Positions 1 to 9,489 of a stretch of 64,000 bases of DNA are shown here, piece after piece. The position numbers and the translations under genes were made by a program. The DNA is from a virus. The first letter of the stretch is position 1. Each line of letters begins with the position of its first letter. The DNA is taken from positions 1 through 64,000 of the IMG/VR virus record IMGVR_UViG_3300048839_000196. One strand, written 5' to 3'. A model generated the notes under the pieces. It saw nothing but the letters and a program-made list of their open reading frames with translations, did not search any database and had not been told where the DNA came from.

Positions 1-2
1 GG

Positions 3-2165
3 GATTCGTCGTTTTCAGGTTCAACGCTGCCCTTTTCTTGCGAACGCATAGAGGTACAATGGCGAGGCGACGAAGCCCGCGAACGGTTCTCCCCCATCAT
101 TGGAAGCGAATGCAGCCTTTCGCTAATTGTTTCAAATTCCGACCTGGAAACGTTTGTTACGGACTTAGTAGGAGCTGAAGAAGGGCGGTTCACCGTAACG
201 GTAGCGATGTTTGCCGGCCTGTCTGCCCCGTTTACATGGTCGGGGTATATCACTACTGATAACGTAAGAATAGAAGATACAACCCTAGAAGTAGGCTACC
301 GGGTTGAAATTCGAGCCGTTGACGGACTGGGGCGGCTTAAAAGCGTGGATTATAATAACGACGGCACACAATACGCCGGAAAGGAAACGTTTGTTCAGCA
401 CGTCCTAAAGGCCCTAAACAAGCTGCCATTTATCACGTCGCTTTTTGGCCCGTCCGATACGCTGCTGAACGTTGTGGCAAACTGGCATGAAAACAGCTAC
501 ACCTACGCAGCGACCATCAACCCGATGAACCGCGCCCGCGTATCACACGGCGCGTTTTACTACCGGGACACGAAGGGCAATAACGTCTATTCAAGCGCAT
601 ACGAGGTATTAGAAGAAATTTGCACGGCATGGGGCGCACGGCTGGTATTTTCTGGTAATGCGTTCTGGTTGATGCAGGTGGGCGAAGGTGACAACCTGGC
701 AAGCGTGAACGTATTCCGATACACGAAAGGCGGAACAGAAAGCGTAGCAACGGCTCAGGACTTAACTATGTTTCACTTTCCGAACGCGGCGGGAAACAAG
801 CTACTCCGGTTTTCAGGCGGAGCTTTCGAGTTCTTTGTCCCGCTGAAAAGCGTTCAAGTTGATTATAGGCATATTCAAAGCCGCAACTTGTTGGCTGGCT
901 ACACCTGGAGCGACATCAACAATACAGAGGTGACGGTAGAAGACATCGACGATAGCGACGGCGAAGGACGGCTATCTTATACCGGAACCCTGACAATTAA
1001 CACCTCGTGGATTAACGTCACCGGCCCGGCATTCCAACCGCACTATGTTGTTCTTGCGTTTAAGGTGCAGGTTGGTAGCTTTTTTCTGAATGGCGATGTA
1101 ATTGCAACGCCCACCGGCCCGGTGGCGGATAATATGGAATGGAATAACGACAGCGCCTCCCGGATGTACGTCGTTACGCCTGTTTTTCAATTCGACGGGC
1201 AAACGATTGCTTTCCCCATCAATTTCATTACACCACCACTTGAACAAAGCGGAGATCTTACTTTTTCGTTCGACAAGTACAAGGCGTACTACGGCGCTGA
1301 TGAAATCGGGTTTGTTGTTGGTGATCCGTACCTGATTTTAGGCTACCAACTGACCAATAACTACCTGGAATTGCTTGGAGATGGGACATTTGAGAATCAA
1401 GCCGACATCTACCGATACAAATCAACAAATGACGCAACCGCATCCAAGCGCGTTGAACTCGTAACAAGCATAGGCGACGGCCCGAACCTGGCAAGCCCCG
1501 GACACATCGAAGTAAAAGATGATACAGATGAATGGGTAATTTCCGACGCGTGGCGCGTTGGGAACTTAGGAGATTACAAGGCATTTTCGCAGTTATTAGC
1601 GAACGAAACCATACGCGGGCAACTTTTGCCAGTGAAAAAATTGTCGGGCATGCCGTTTCAAAACTTGGACAGCCCTAGCAACCCGTTACGCCCGCACCTA
1701 GCGATAGATTACGACAGTGCAAAGTGGCTATTCCTCGCAGGGCGGTACAACGTGCAAACCGAAATTTGGCAGGGCGATTGGTTCAAGGTGCAAAGCGGTA
1801 CAGGCTACACGGAGGAAACCATGCAGCTAATTCCAAAAGATGCAAAGGACGGTGCGCCAACGTCGGGAGGCACAGGAGGCACAGCGCCAACGGGCGGGAC
1901 AAGTACGACAGGGGGCAGCACAGGCAGCGCGGGCAACACGGTACGGGTATTCAGGCAAGAGTTTTTAAACAATAGCGACGGCGAATTACTGATCACTGAA
2001 AACGGCGGCGCGTTGCCATTTGTTGAAATTCAGATTCAGGTGTTTCAGAACGGGCAAAAGCTCCTACCTGTTCAATACGACATTGTAAGTAGCACGATAA
2101 CCATAGACGCAGACACGCACTTTGTAGGGGCAAATTATGAAGTTTACTTTACGATAATCCAATAG
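3..2165 (+). CDS. Tail protein of Bacteroidota sipho-/prophage type (5'-truncated)
   Basis: The frame is open from base 3 (DSSFSGSTLPF...SPIIGSECSL), upstream of the track start at 207. Motif WSGYI...VEIRAVDGLGRLK...LEEICTAWGARL resembles post-tape-measure tail proteins. Gly/Thr linker before a small C-terminal domain. Confidence 0.6.
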   Translation, partial: DSSFSGSTLPFSCERIEVQWRGDEARERFSPIIGSECSLSLIVSNSDLETFVTDLVGAEEGRFTVTVAMFAGLSAPFTWSGYITTDNVRIEDTTLEVGYRVEIRAVDGLGRLKSVDYNNDGTQYAGKETFVQHVLKALNKLPFITSLFGPSDTLLNVVANWHENSYTYAATINPMNRARVSHGAFYYRDTKGNNVYSSAYEVLEEICTAWGARLVFSGNAFWLMQVGEGDNLASVNVFRYTKGGTESVATAQDLTMFHFPNAAGNKLLRFSGGAFEFFVPLKSVQVDYRHIQSRNLLAGYTWSDINNTEVTVEDIDDSDGEGRLSYTGTLTINTSWINVTGPAFQPHYVVLAFKVQVGSFFLNGDVIATPTGPVADNMEWNNDSASRMYVVTPVFQFDGQTIAFPINFITPPLEQSGDLTFSFDKYKAYYGADEIGFVVGDPYLILGYQLTNNYLELLGDGTFENQADIYRYKSTNDATASKRVELVTSIGDGPNLASPGHIEVKDDTDEWVISDAWRVGNLGDYKAFSQLLANETIRGQLLPVKKLSGMPFQNLDSPSNPLRPHLAIDYDSAKWLFLAGRYNVQTEIWQGDWFKVQSGTGYTEETMQLIPKDAKDGAPTSGGTGGTAPTGGTSTTGGSTGSAGNTVRVFRQEFLNNSDGELLITENGGALPFVEIQIQVFQNGQKLLPVQYDIVSSTITIDADTHFVGANYEVYFTIIQ

Positions 2166-2167
2166 AT

Positions 2168-3388
2168 ATGATACTAAAACCGATAGGGCCTGACTATTAT
2201 TCTGATGTGCGCGTGACAACGGAACGGGACGCTTTCGGGCGCTTTCGTGTATCGGCCCCTGAAACGCTGTTTGATTCCAAGCTCAGTACAGCGAACCATG
2301 CGCTTTTTTGGAACTTCTCGCAAGTTTCGGGAACGTGTACAAACACCTACTCAAAAGACCGTTCGTCTTATACCCTGGCAGTAGCCAACGAAACAGCCGG
2401 GCGCGGGGTATGGCAGACAAAGCAGCGGTTCAACTACCAACCCGGCAAAAGTCAATTGGTAATGATGACCGCCGTCCCCTCTGGAATGAAAGCGGGCATA
2501 ACGTACCGCGTGGGTATTTTTGACGACAATAACGGCCTGTTTTTTGAAATAGATGGGGCGGACGGATTGCGGGCGGTGCGGCGGTCAAGGGTAAGTGGCG
2601 AAGCGGTTGATACTGTGGTCAATTTCCCGCAATTCAATCTGGATGCAATGGATGGGAAATCAGGTTCCAGCGTGCTATTTGACTACACCAAATCACAGAT
2701 TTTTGTAATCGACTTTGAATCTTTACAGGTCGGCAGCGTGCGCTTTGGCCTGGTTGTTGACGGCGTAATTATCTACCTCCATCAGATGAACCACGCCAAT
2801 ATCCTGGATGCGGCGTACTTTTCAACGCCCAACCTGCCCCTCAGATACGAACTTGTGAACGACGGCACAGGCGGCGCGGCAACGCTTGAAGCGATATGTA
2901 GCACGGTAATTAGCGAGGGAGGCAGCCAGGAAACCGGTATCACGCGCTATGTGGGCACGGAAACCCATGTGGACGCGAATAGCACAGCGGCAACTTATGC
3001 GTGCGTAGGGGTACGACTGAAAGCTGCGAACCTGGACAGCGTAGTAAAGATTGCAGCAACTACGCTGATTAATATTGCAGCAAGTACGCAAGACTTTGAA
3101 TGGAAGTTGATTCTTAATCCCACCGTTGCGGGAACGTTCACTTATTCCGACCTGACCAACAGCGCGGTACAGGTGGCCTATGGCGCGACAGCCAACACCG
3201 TCACGGACGGTACAGTCCTTGCTGGCGGCTTTGCGCAGGGCAACGAAACGACGGCGGCCTTAATTAATTCCCTGTACTATCTCGGTGCGACGATCGCAGG
3301 CACGCCGGACAGCATGGTGCTTTGCGTGCGGCCTCTGAGCGCAAACGAGGACATCCATGCAGGGATCACTATTAAAGAAATCGCGTGA
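2168..3388 (+). CDS. Virion structural/tail-associated beta-rich protein (paralogue of 8209-9489)
   Basis: Motifs RDAFGRFRVS, F.YQPGKSQLV, QIFVIDF.SL.VG.VRFG, H..NHAN, LP.R and CS.VISEGG are shared with 8209-9489. No signal peptide. Confidence 0.55.
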   Translation: MILKPIGPDYYSDVRVTTERDAFGRFRVSAPETLFDSKLSTANHALFWNFSQVSGTCTNTYSKDRSSYTLAVANETAGRGVWQTKQRFNYQPGKSQLVMMTAVPSGMKAGITYRVGIFDDNNGLFFEIDGADGLRAVRRSRVSGEAVDTVVNFPQFNLDAMDGKSGSSVLFDYTKSQIFVIDFESLQVGSVRFGLVVDGVIIYLHQMNHANILDAAYFSTPNLPLRYELVNDGTGGAATLEAICSTVISEGGSQETGITRYVGTETHVDANSTAATYACVGVRLKAANLDSVVKIAATTLINIAASTQDFEWKLILNPTVAGTFTYSDLTNSAVQVAYGATANTVTDGTVLAGGFAQGNETTAALINSLYYLGATIAGTPDSMVLCVRPLSANEDIHAGITIKEIA

Positions 3389-6045
3389 TGAAAAACTATA
3401 TCTGTGTTTTTGTTTTACTTTTTGTTGCGGGGGCTGCTTTCGGGCAGTTCCCCAATTCGCCCAACAAAATACGCCTGGGTAACCAGACCACAGGCGACGG
3501 CCTACTTTACCGCACGGCTGGCAGTCCTGCCTACACGCCAACGGGAATTAATAACGCGTGGGTTGCCCTGGACACGGTGACCGGAACGATCTATTATTAT
3601 GAAGGCGGGACGTGGAACGCGATAGCAAGCGGCGGCACGGACATAGATAGCCTTGTCTATGCAAGTGATACGTTATACCTATACACGCCTTCGGAAACGT
3701 TCAAGGTTGAAATCCTTGCTGGCAGCGCAACGCCTGACAGCCTGAGCTACACGGCAACAACACAGGCATTAAGCATCATAGGCTCCAACACTGTTTCGCT
3801 TCTGATGAACACAGACGCAACGCTGTTAGGCAGCAACACCAACGCACAACTCTTGCGGGTTGATACGTCTATAATCGCATCGAAAACGTGGATTGCCGGC
3901 AACGTCCTGGACACTGCCGCAAAGCTGTCTTTTTCCGGCACGCTTGGCCCGATTAAGCTCCGGGCGGGCACGGCTGACACGGTGAACTTCGATGACGGCA
4001 CAGGCACAAGCGTTTCCCAGAGCGCGGGCGTACTTCGCTACAACCTGACCAGCATAGGCACACCGGGAACGTACACGAGCGTTACGGTAGATGCCAACGG
4101 GCGGGTAACGTCGGGGAGCAATCCGGGCTATGTGACGGTAGTAGATTCGACGCGCATCATATCCGACAGCGTAGCGGTGTATTATCAGAATGGCTCCGAG
4201 GTGGGCAGGGACACGATTCGCGTGCCAAGCACAGGCGGGGGCGGAAGCATCACCGGCAGCGGAACAACAAACACCATACCCCTATGGGCAGGCTCAACGG
4301 CGCTTGGAGATTCACCCCTCACCGTAGCAATCGGCGGCGTCACAGCGACGGGCACAGGGTTTTTCAGGCTGCCCAATGGCACCACAGCGCAGAGGCCCGG
4401 AACGCCAGCAGCGGGGCAACTTAGGTACAATACCACAGCCGGAAACCTCGACTTTTACGGGGCGTCGGCGTGGGAGAACCCGGTCAAAAGCGCAACGGCG
4501 ACGGGGTTGGGTACGGCTAATTTTGCAGCGGTATTCGATGCAAACGGAAGGCTTACAACAGGGTCACGAATAGGGTACGACCAGACCGCAGGATTAACCT
4601 ATATAGATGCTGGATATGTTAATGCAGGTGATCCTCAATTTGCGTTTAGGCGCGGCGGGAACAACAATGGATTTGTTTTAAGGGCAATAAATAGCACTAC
4701 TCCATCCGGAGAAGGCTTAGTATGGTGGAACGCTGCGGCATCGGGTAGGATATTTGCATTTTACAGCGATGGTTCGATAGCTTTTGGGCAGGGTAACGGA
4801 AATAATATTACTAATTTTGCGGGCTATATTGGATCAAGTGGCCAATTTTCCGCAGGCAACGCACAGAATTATTTCTTAGGCAACGCCTCTAGCGCGACCG
4901 GCAACAGAAACGTTCTATATTCAGTGCTGGGGGGCCTTGGAAATATCACATCTGGCGCGTATGAGTTGAAAAATATGTACTTGCTTTCTGGTGGCACAGG
5001 TATAAGCGGTACGTTTTCAGGATTTGCCGTTAACTTAGATCAGCTAATGAGCAACAACGATCCGCAAAAAGGCACTTGGTACGGCATCCGTTCGCGTCTT
5101 AATCACCAACCAACCGCCGGAGATTCAAGATCGTATAATATATATGTAGGCGGAACAATTAACCATCGGGGCGAAAATACATCTATTTCTTCTGGCGTGA
5201 CGATAGACCCGACAATAGCAGCAGTAGCATCAGGGAGTTATAGAGGGTTGGAGCTGACGCAAAACAGCCAAACCGCTATATATCAATCCGGTGCAAGCGC
5301 AGTAAATAACCTAGCAGGCTCTACCCGCATCGGCTCCACCTCTGCCCCTGCCCGTCGCCTCCACGTTTCCGGCGTGGTGCGCTTGGATTCACTTGCATCA
5401 TTCACCCCGACGCGCATAGTAGGCGCGGATGCAGATGGGGACTTGGGCGCGCTGACACTAGGCACAGGCGTAACGATCGACGCGGGCGTGTTGAACGTGG
5501 CAGCTTCTGGAGTTTCCGACGGCGACAAAGGCGACATCACCGTGTCAAGCAGCGGAGCGACGTGGACAATAGACAACAACGCGGTGACCACTGCGAAAAT
5601 AGCAGACGCGAATGTAACGGCCGACAAGCTTGCAAGCGGGGCCGCAGGTGGGGCGAAGTTGGGCGGGCTGACTTACTTAAGCGTAGATGACGCAGATGTG
5701 GACTTAAGCAATTATCTGACAATCGACTGGATAAGCAACTATTCGCAGCTTGTTGTCTGGCTGCGCATCGGAAACACCGCAAGCAGGACAGTGACTTTCC
5801 CGGAGCCGTCAAGTACATACGCAGGGAAAATAGTTGAAGTGTTTTTCGGAACAACAAACGGCGGTACGCACTTCGGGCAGATCACAAGCGGCGGCACAAA
5901 CCGCCTGACGTACCGGGATGGAGTAAACGTCGCAACCGCAACAACGTACGACGGAGGACAAACACTGAAATACGCACGGGTTATTTGCAGTCAGGACCCA
6001 AACACGCTCGCGTATCAGTGGCTAATTATGGACGAACGCAATTAA
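3388..6045 (+). CDS. Tail fibre-like protein with an N-terminal Sec signal peptide
   Basis: Fibre motifs GTYTSVTVDANGRVT, LPNGTTAQRP..GQLRYNTT and DGDKGDITVS..WTID..AVTTAKIAD. N-terminus MKNYICVFVLLFVAGAAFG|Q. ATG 3388 overlaps the upstream stop. Confidence 0.75.
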   Translation: MKNYICVFVLLFVAGAAFGQFPNSPNKIRLGNQTTGDGLLYRTAGSPAYTPTGINNAWVALDTVTGTIYYYEGGTWNAIASGGTDIDSLVYASDTLYLYTPSETFKVEILAGSATPDSLSYTATTQALSIIGSNTVSLLMNTDATLLGSNTNAQLLRVDTSIIASKTWIAGNVLDTAAKLSFSGTLGPIKLRAGTADTVNFDDGTGTSVSQSAGVLRYNLTSIGTPGTYTSVTVDANGRVTSGSNPGYVTVVDSTRIISDSVAVYYQNGSEVGRDTIRVPSTGGGGSITGSGTTNTIPLWAGSTALGDSPLTVAIGGVTATGTGFFRLPNGTTAQRPGTPAAGQLRYNTTAGNLDFYGASAWENPVKSATATGLGTANFAAVFDANGRLTTGSRIGYDQTAGLTYIDAGYVNAGDPQFAFRRGGNNNGFVLRAINSTTPSGEGLVWWNAAASGRIFAFYSDGSIAFGQGNGNNITNFAGYIGSSGQFSAGNAQNYFLGNASSATGNRNVLYSVLGGLGNITSGAYELKNMYLLSGGTGISGTFSGFAVNLDQLMSNNDPQKGTWYGIRSRLNHQPTAGDSRSYNIYVGGTINHRGENTSISSGVTIDPTIAAVASGSYRGLELTQNSQTAIYQSGASAVNNLAGSTRIGSTSAPARRLHVSGVVRLDSLASFTPTRIVGADADGDLGALTLGTGVTIDAGVLNVAASGVSDGDKGDITVSSSGATWTIDNNAVTTAKIADANVTADKLASGAAGGAKLGGLTYLSVDDADVDLSNYLTIDWISNYSQLVVWLRIGNTASRTVTFPEPSSTYAGKIVEVFFGTTNGGTHFGQITSGGTNRLTYRDGVNVATATTYDGGQTLKYARVICSQDPNTLAYQWLIMDERN

Positions 6046-6056
6046 AAATAGCAACC

Positions 6057-6788
6057 ATGAAACGAATATTGATTTTTCTCCTATGCAGCCTATCTGCATT
6101 TCTTGCCAGCGCACAGACCGGCGAATACTCTGATACGATGTATCTGAGCATACAAGGCGAACAGCGCTACTTGTATCACATCCGCACGTTCGAAGACGGC
6201 ACGCAGCGCGGATTGCTTGACGGCGCTTTCCGTATTCCAGTTGACAGCGCAACCGCTGCCAACTATGTAGCAGGGCAGATATGGCAAGTGGCAAATGACT
6301 ACTGGCAGCGGGAAACGGCCCGGATCAACGCGGGAACGTACATCCGCAAGATCACAGAGCTTGACAGCCTATCTATTCAGCAATTCGGCATCAGTGCGCG
6401 CAACGTGGCCAGAGATGCGGCGAAGCCAGAGATATTGACCTACAAAGCCGAAACAGGGCAGGACACGGTTTTTCTATGGCGTTGGCGGATACTTAAGACA
6501 GGCGCTGCGGGCGTGGATGCGCAGATCGTGGAGCGCTTTTCAACCAAGGTACTCCGACTGATACCGGCAGCAGGCCCCGGCGCAGGCACTGAGATCATTT
6601 TCACGGTGGATAATACCAACGTTTTCAGAATGACCTACGACGGCGCAACGCGGTTTTTCCTGCGCAACCCGGCGAACGTTAACGAATGGGTAGCTTTCGA
6701 CGCTAACCGGGGCGTCGCCTACCGATTAGTAAGGGCGGTTAACGCACGGGCAACGGCGGCATTCAAGGCACAAAATACGGCACAATGA
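6057..6788 (+). CDS. Exported hypothetical protein (signal peptide)
   Basis: ATG 6057 follows an A-rich leader; N-terminus MKRILIFLLCSLSAFLASA|Q. Confidence 0.7.
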   Translation: MKRILIFLLCSLSAFLASAQTGEYSDTMYLSIQGEQRYLYHIRTFEDGTQRGLLDGAFRIPVDSATAANYVAGQIWQVANDYWQRETARINAGTYIRKITELDSLSIQQFGISARNVARDAAKPEILTYKAETGQDTVFLWRWRILKTGAAGVDAQIVERFSTKVLRLIPAAGPGAGTEIIFTVDNTNVFRMTYDGATRFFLRNPANVNEWVAFDANRGVAYRLVRAVNARATAAFKAQNTAQ

Positions 6789-6913
6789 AAACAATAGCAT
6801 TCATCGTAATCGTAATAGCCATAGCATTCGCAGCTAGTGTATTAGCTCTAGTCATCAACGAAAGCAAAGACTACACTGGAGATGTAAACTCAGGTAAAAC
6901 TTTTGAGAAATGA
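6785..6913 (+). CDS. 42-aa single-TM membrane peptide
   Basis: MKTIAFIVIVIAIAFAASVLALVINESK...; ATGA overlaps at both ends; too short for the ORF track. Confidence 0.6.
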   Translation: MKTIAFIVIVIAIAFAASVLALVINESKDYTGDVNSGKTFEK

Positions 6914-7023
6914 CAGACGTAAGTGTGCTCATACTGGACATTATAAAGTGGGTATCATTGATAATCGCCGCATTCTTCATTGCTGTTGCTTTCTACGCGA
7001 GGCATAAAAAACTACAAAAATGA
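6910..7023 (+). CDS. 37-aa single-TM membrane peptide
   Basis: MTDVSVLILDIIKWVSLIIAAFFIAVAFYARHKKLQK; ATGA overlaps at both ends. Confidence 0.6.
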   Translation: MTDVSVLILDIIKWVSLIIAAFFIAVAFYARHKKLQK

Positions 7024-7583
7024 GGTACCAAGTAAAGCAAGGTCAGCATGACTTCAAGCCCAATGGGATCAACCAGATCACGCCGATACTTGGGAGGTAT
7101 TCTGAGCTAATCACTCTAGACCTAGACCAGAGTTGCTGGTACGACATCAAGGAGTTCCCCGGGAAGGACTCTTGGAATAAAGCTGGCGGCGTAGGTGCTG
7201 CACTAAGCGCCAACAACAAGAGCGCCTTGCTTCTAGCGTGGAGGCCAGACGAAAATTTCATGCACTTCCGCGCAGCCATATACGAGAATGACGAGAACGG
7301 CGGCTGGGATGTCCATGGCGAGGTGATGTTCTCTCTATATGATACCGCTTGCCTTGCGATTGTAAAGGACGGAGGTAAGTTGAATGCCGAGCTTTTTTAT
7401 GTGACCGCTGGCGATAATCATTCAGAGCGCAACGGAGTTACTTCGTATATTTGGGCTAAGATCCCAAGCATACTCAGACGGCGCGGACCTTGGTTTGGAG
7501 GTAGATTCCCGGCGCCGAATGATATGGAAAAATGGGTCAGCTTTAAGAAATGGAGAAGTTCTGGGTCTGGGCCTTACAAATAA
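7020..7583 (+). CDS. Hypothetical protein (aromatic, beta-rich)
   Basis: 187-aa ORF translationally coupled within the operon. Confidence 0.65.
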   Translation: MRYQVKQGQHDFKPNGINQITPILGRYSELITLDLDQSCWYDIKEFPGKDSWNKAGGVGAALSANNKSALLLAWRPDENFMHFRAAIYENDENGGWDVHGEVMFSLYDTACLAIVKDGGKLNAELFYVTAGDNHSERNGVTSYIWAKIPSILRRRGPWFGGRFPAPNDMEKWVSFKKWRSSGSGPYK

Positions 7584-7960
7584 CCAAAGAGGAGTGCGTT
7601 GCAATCTTCGGAGGCTTCATTGGTGCTATTGCCTACCTGCAAAATAAGAAGAAGTCCTTCTGGGACAGAGTTATTATTTTAGGCATTGGAGGATCAATGG
7701 CTTATCTAGCCACCCCGTTCTTTGTTTACAAGCTCGGGCTACAAGAAGTCCCCGGGGCAGCAGGATTAATTGGAGCTATCATTGGAGGATCTTCAATGGA
7801 GTTGTTTGAGCTATTCATCGCGCTGCTCGACGAGATACAGAGCAACCCGAAATTCATAATTCAGATCATTAAATCAAAATTAGGAATAAAAGATGAAAAA
7901 GAAGTGCAAAGGAAAGAAAGGAAAAGGAACCAAGATGACTCCGAAGGCGCCGAAAATTAA
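7550..7960 (+). CDS. Putative holin
   Basis: Three hydrophobic segments and a highly charged C-terminal tail. Confidence 0.6.
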   Translation: MEKFWVWALQITKEECVAIFGGFIGAIAYLQNKKKSFWDRVIILGIGGSMAYLATPFFVYKLGLQEVPGAAGLIGAIIGGSSMELFELFIALLDEIQSNPKFIIQIIKSKLGIKDEKEVQRKERKRNQDDSEGAEN

Positions 7961-7973
7961 GAAGAGCTACTGA
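7893..7973 (+). CDS. 26-aa Lys-rich peptide
   Basis: MKKKCKGKKGKGTKMTPKAPKIKKSY*. Overlaps the holin 3' end in another frame; its TGA overlaps the next ATG. Confidence 0.4.
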   Translation: MKKKCKGKKGKGTKMTPKAPKIKKSY

Positions 7974-8212
7974 TGGCAGCTGGGAAGAAGTTCAAAAAAG
8001 TTGTAACCAATCTAAAGACCGGGCGTAAGAAAACTGTTCGCTACGGAGCCAAGGGCTACACTATCGCCCCGGGCACAGAACGTGGCGACTCCTACTGTGC
8101 CCGGTCAGCAGGTCAGATGAAGAAACACCCGGAAGCTGCGAAAGATCCAAACTCACCGCTGCGCCTATCCAGAAAGAAATGGAAATGTAGCGGTAAAAAA
8201 TCCAAGAAATGA
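7973..8212 (+). CDS. Small basic conserved phage protein (DUF6321-like)
   Basis: Motif R.DSYCARS.G...AAKDPNS.LR.SRKKWKC. Confidence 0.7.
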   Translation: MAAGKKFKKVVTNLKTGRKKTVRYGAKGYTIAPGTERGDSYCARSAGQMKKHPEAAKDPNSPLRLSRKKWKCSGKKSKK

Positions 8213-9489
8213 GAACCCTTTTATTGATCGCACTGGTTTGTGTTTCACTAATCAGCCTTAATTCGCAGGTTGTAGAGAATGTGGTCAAGGTGACGATGAA
8301 TGAGCCTCTACCAGCTAGGGATGCGTTCTCGCGGCTAAGGGTTTCAAATGCTACCGGCCTGACCGACCATCAGTTCACATACGACTTGGCGCCACTTTTG
8401 TTCGACACGATCACAGTTGGTACCGGCACAGCCATCTCGCACGACAAGACGAACCGCTGCGCAAAGATGACCATGGCTGCTTCCCCGGCGAACTCTGAGG
8501 TTGCTATGCAGACCTTCGAGTGGTTTAAGTATCAGGCCGGTAAGAGTCAGTTGGTATTCATTACATTTAATCTTCGCGGAGCTAAAGACTCGATTATAAA
8601 GTACGCAGGCTATGGCAATAAAGACAACGCAATACGCCTGCAACTTAATGGCACACAAGCTCAGATCGCCATATTGTCAAAGACTGGGTCAGGAAATGAA
8701 GTAGTGAATCAAGAAGACTGGAACCTTGACCGAATGGACGGGAATGGATGCGGTATCAAGCTAGACTGGAATAAGACGCAGATCTTAGTCCTTGATTTTC
8801 AGGCGCTATTTGTTGGCAGAGTCAGAGTTGGTTTTGATGTGGATGGAGATATCATCTATGCCCACGAATTTAATCACGCGAACATCTTATCTGATCCGTA
8901 CATACAGACTGCAACGCTACCAATCAGAGTTGGGATGATCTCAAGTGCGGCGTCAACTACGGACACATTGGATTTGATATGCTCAAGTGTGATAAGCGAA
9001 GGCGGATCAGAAGATATTTCTGCCTACCAATTTGCATCCTCTACATCCGTGACCGCAGGGAATAATACGGACACGCATGTAATCTCTATACAGCCAGACA
9101 CGTCAATCGAGGGCATTGAGAATCACGAGAAAATTCTGCTGGATGGATTCGACATCATTGTTACAGGGAATAACCCGGTGATATACAAGGTGGTTATCGG
9201 TCAGGAGTTGACCAGCATTACTGCAACCGATGCTAATGCCGCTTACTCTGGCGTCGATGTAGTTGCTGGCACACTATCTGGTTCACCAGCAATTGTCATA
9301 GATCAGGGGTATATAGCATCTGGCGCATCCGTAAAGGGGACGATATCAAGACCAATATCCTTTAAGTACCCGATTACTCTTGGCCATGACGGCCTCCCTA
9401 GAGCGCTAGGCAGGATCACAATACTTGCTCAAGGTATAGGAGGCATATCTGCAATTCAATGTACACTAAAATGGAGAGAGATACGATGA
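8209..9489 (+). CDS. Structural/tail-associated beta-rich protein with signal peptide (paralogue of 2168-3388)
   Basis: N-terminus MRTLLLIALVCVSLISLNS|Q; motifs RDAFSRLRVS, YQAGKSQLV and CSSVISEGG. Confidence 0.6.
   Translation: MRTLLLIALVCVSLISLNSQVVENVVKVTMNEPLPARDAFSRLRVSNATGLTDHQFTYDLAPLLFDTITVGTGTAISHDKTNRCAKMTMAASPANSEVAMQTFEWFKYQAGKSQLVFITFNLRGAKDSIIKYAGYGNKDNAIRLQLNGTQAQIAILSKTGSGNEVVNQEDWNLDRMDGNGCGIKLDWNKTQILVLDFQALFVGRVRVGFDVDGDIIYAHEFNHANILSDPYIQTATLPIRVGMISSAASTTDTLDLICSSVISEGGSEDISAYQFASSTSVTAGNNTDTHVISIQPDTSIEGIENHEKILLDGFDIIVTGNNPVIYKVVIGQELTSITATDANAAYSGVDVVAGTLSGSPAIVIDQGYIASGASVKGTISRPISFKYPITLGHDGLPRALGRITILAQGIGGISAIQCTLKWREIR

Noticed and set aside
3388-6045. Diversity-generating retroelement acting on the fibre
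   Set aside because: No reverse transcriptase and no template/variable repeat pair were seen in the window.
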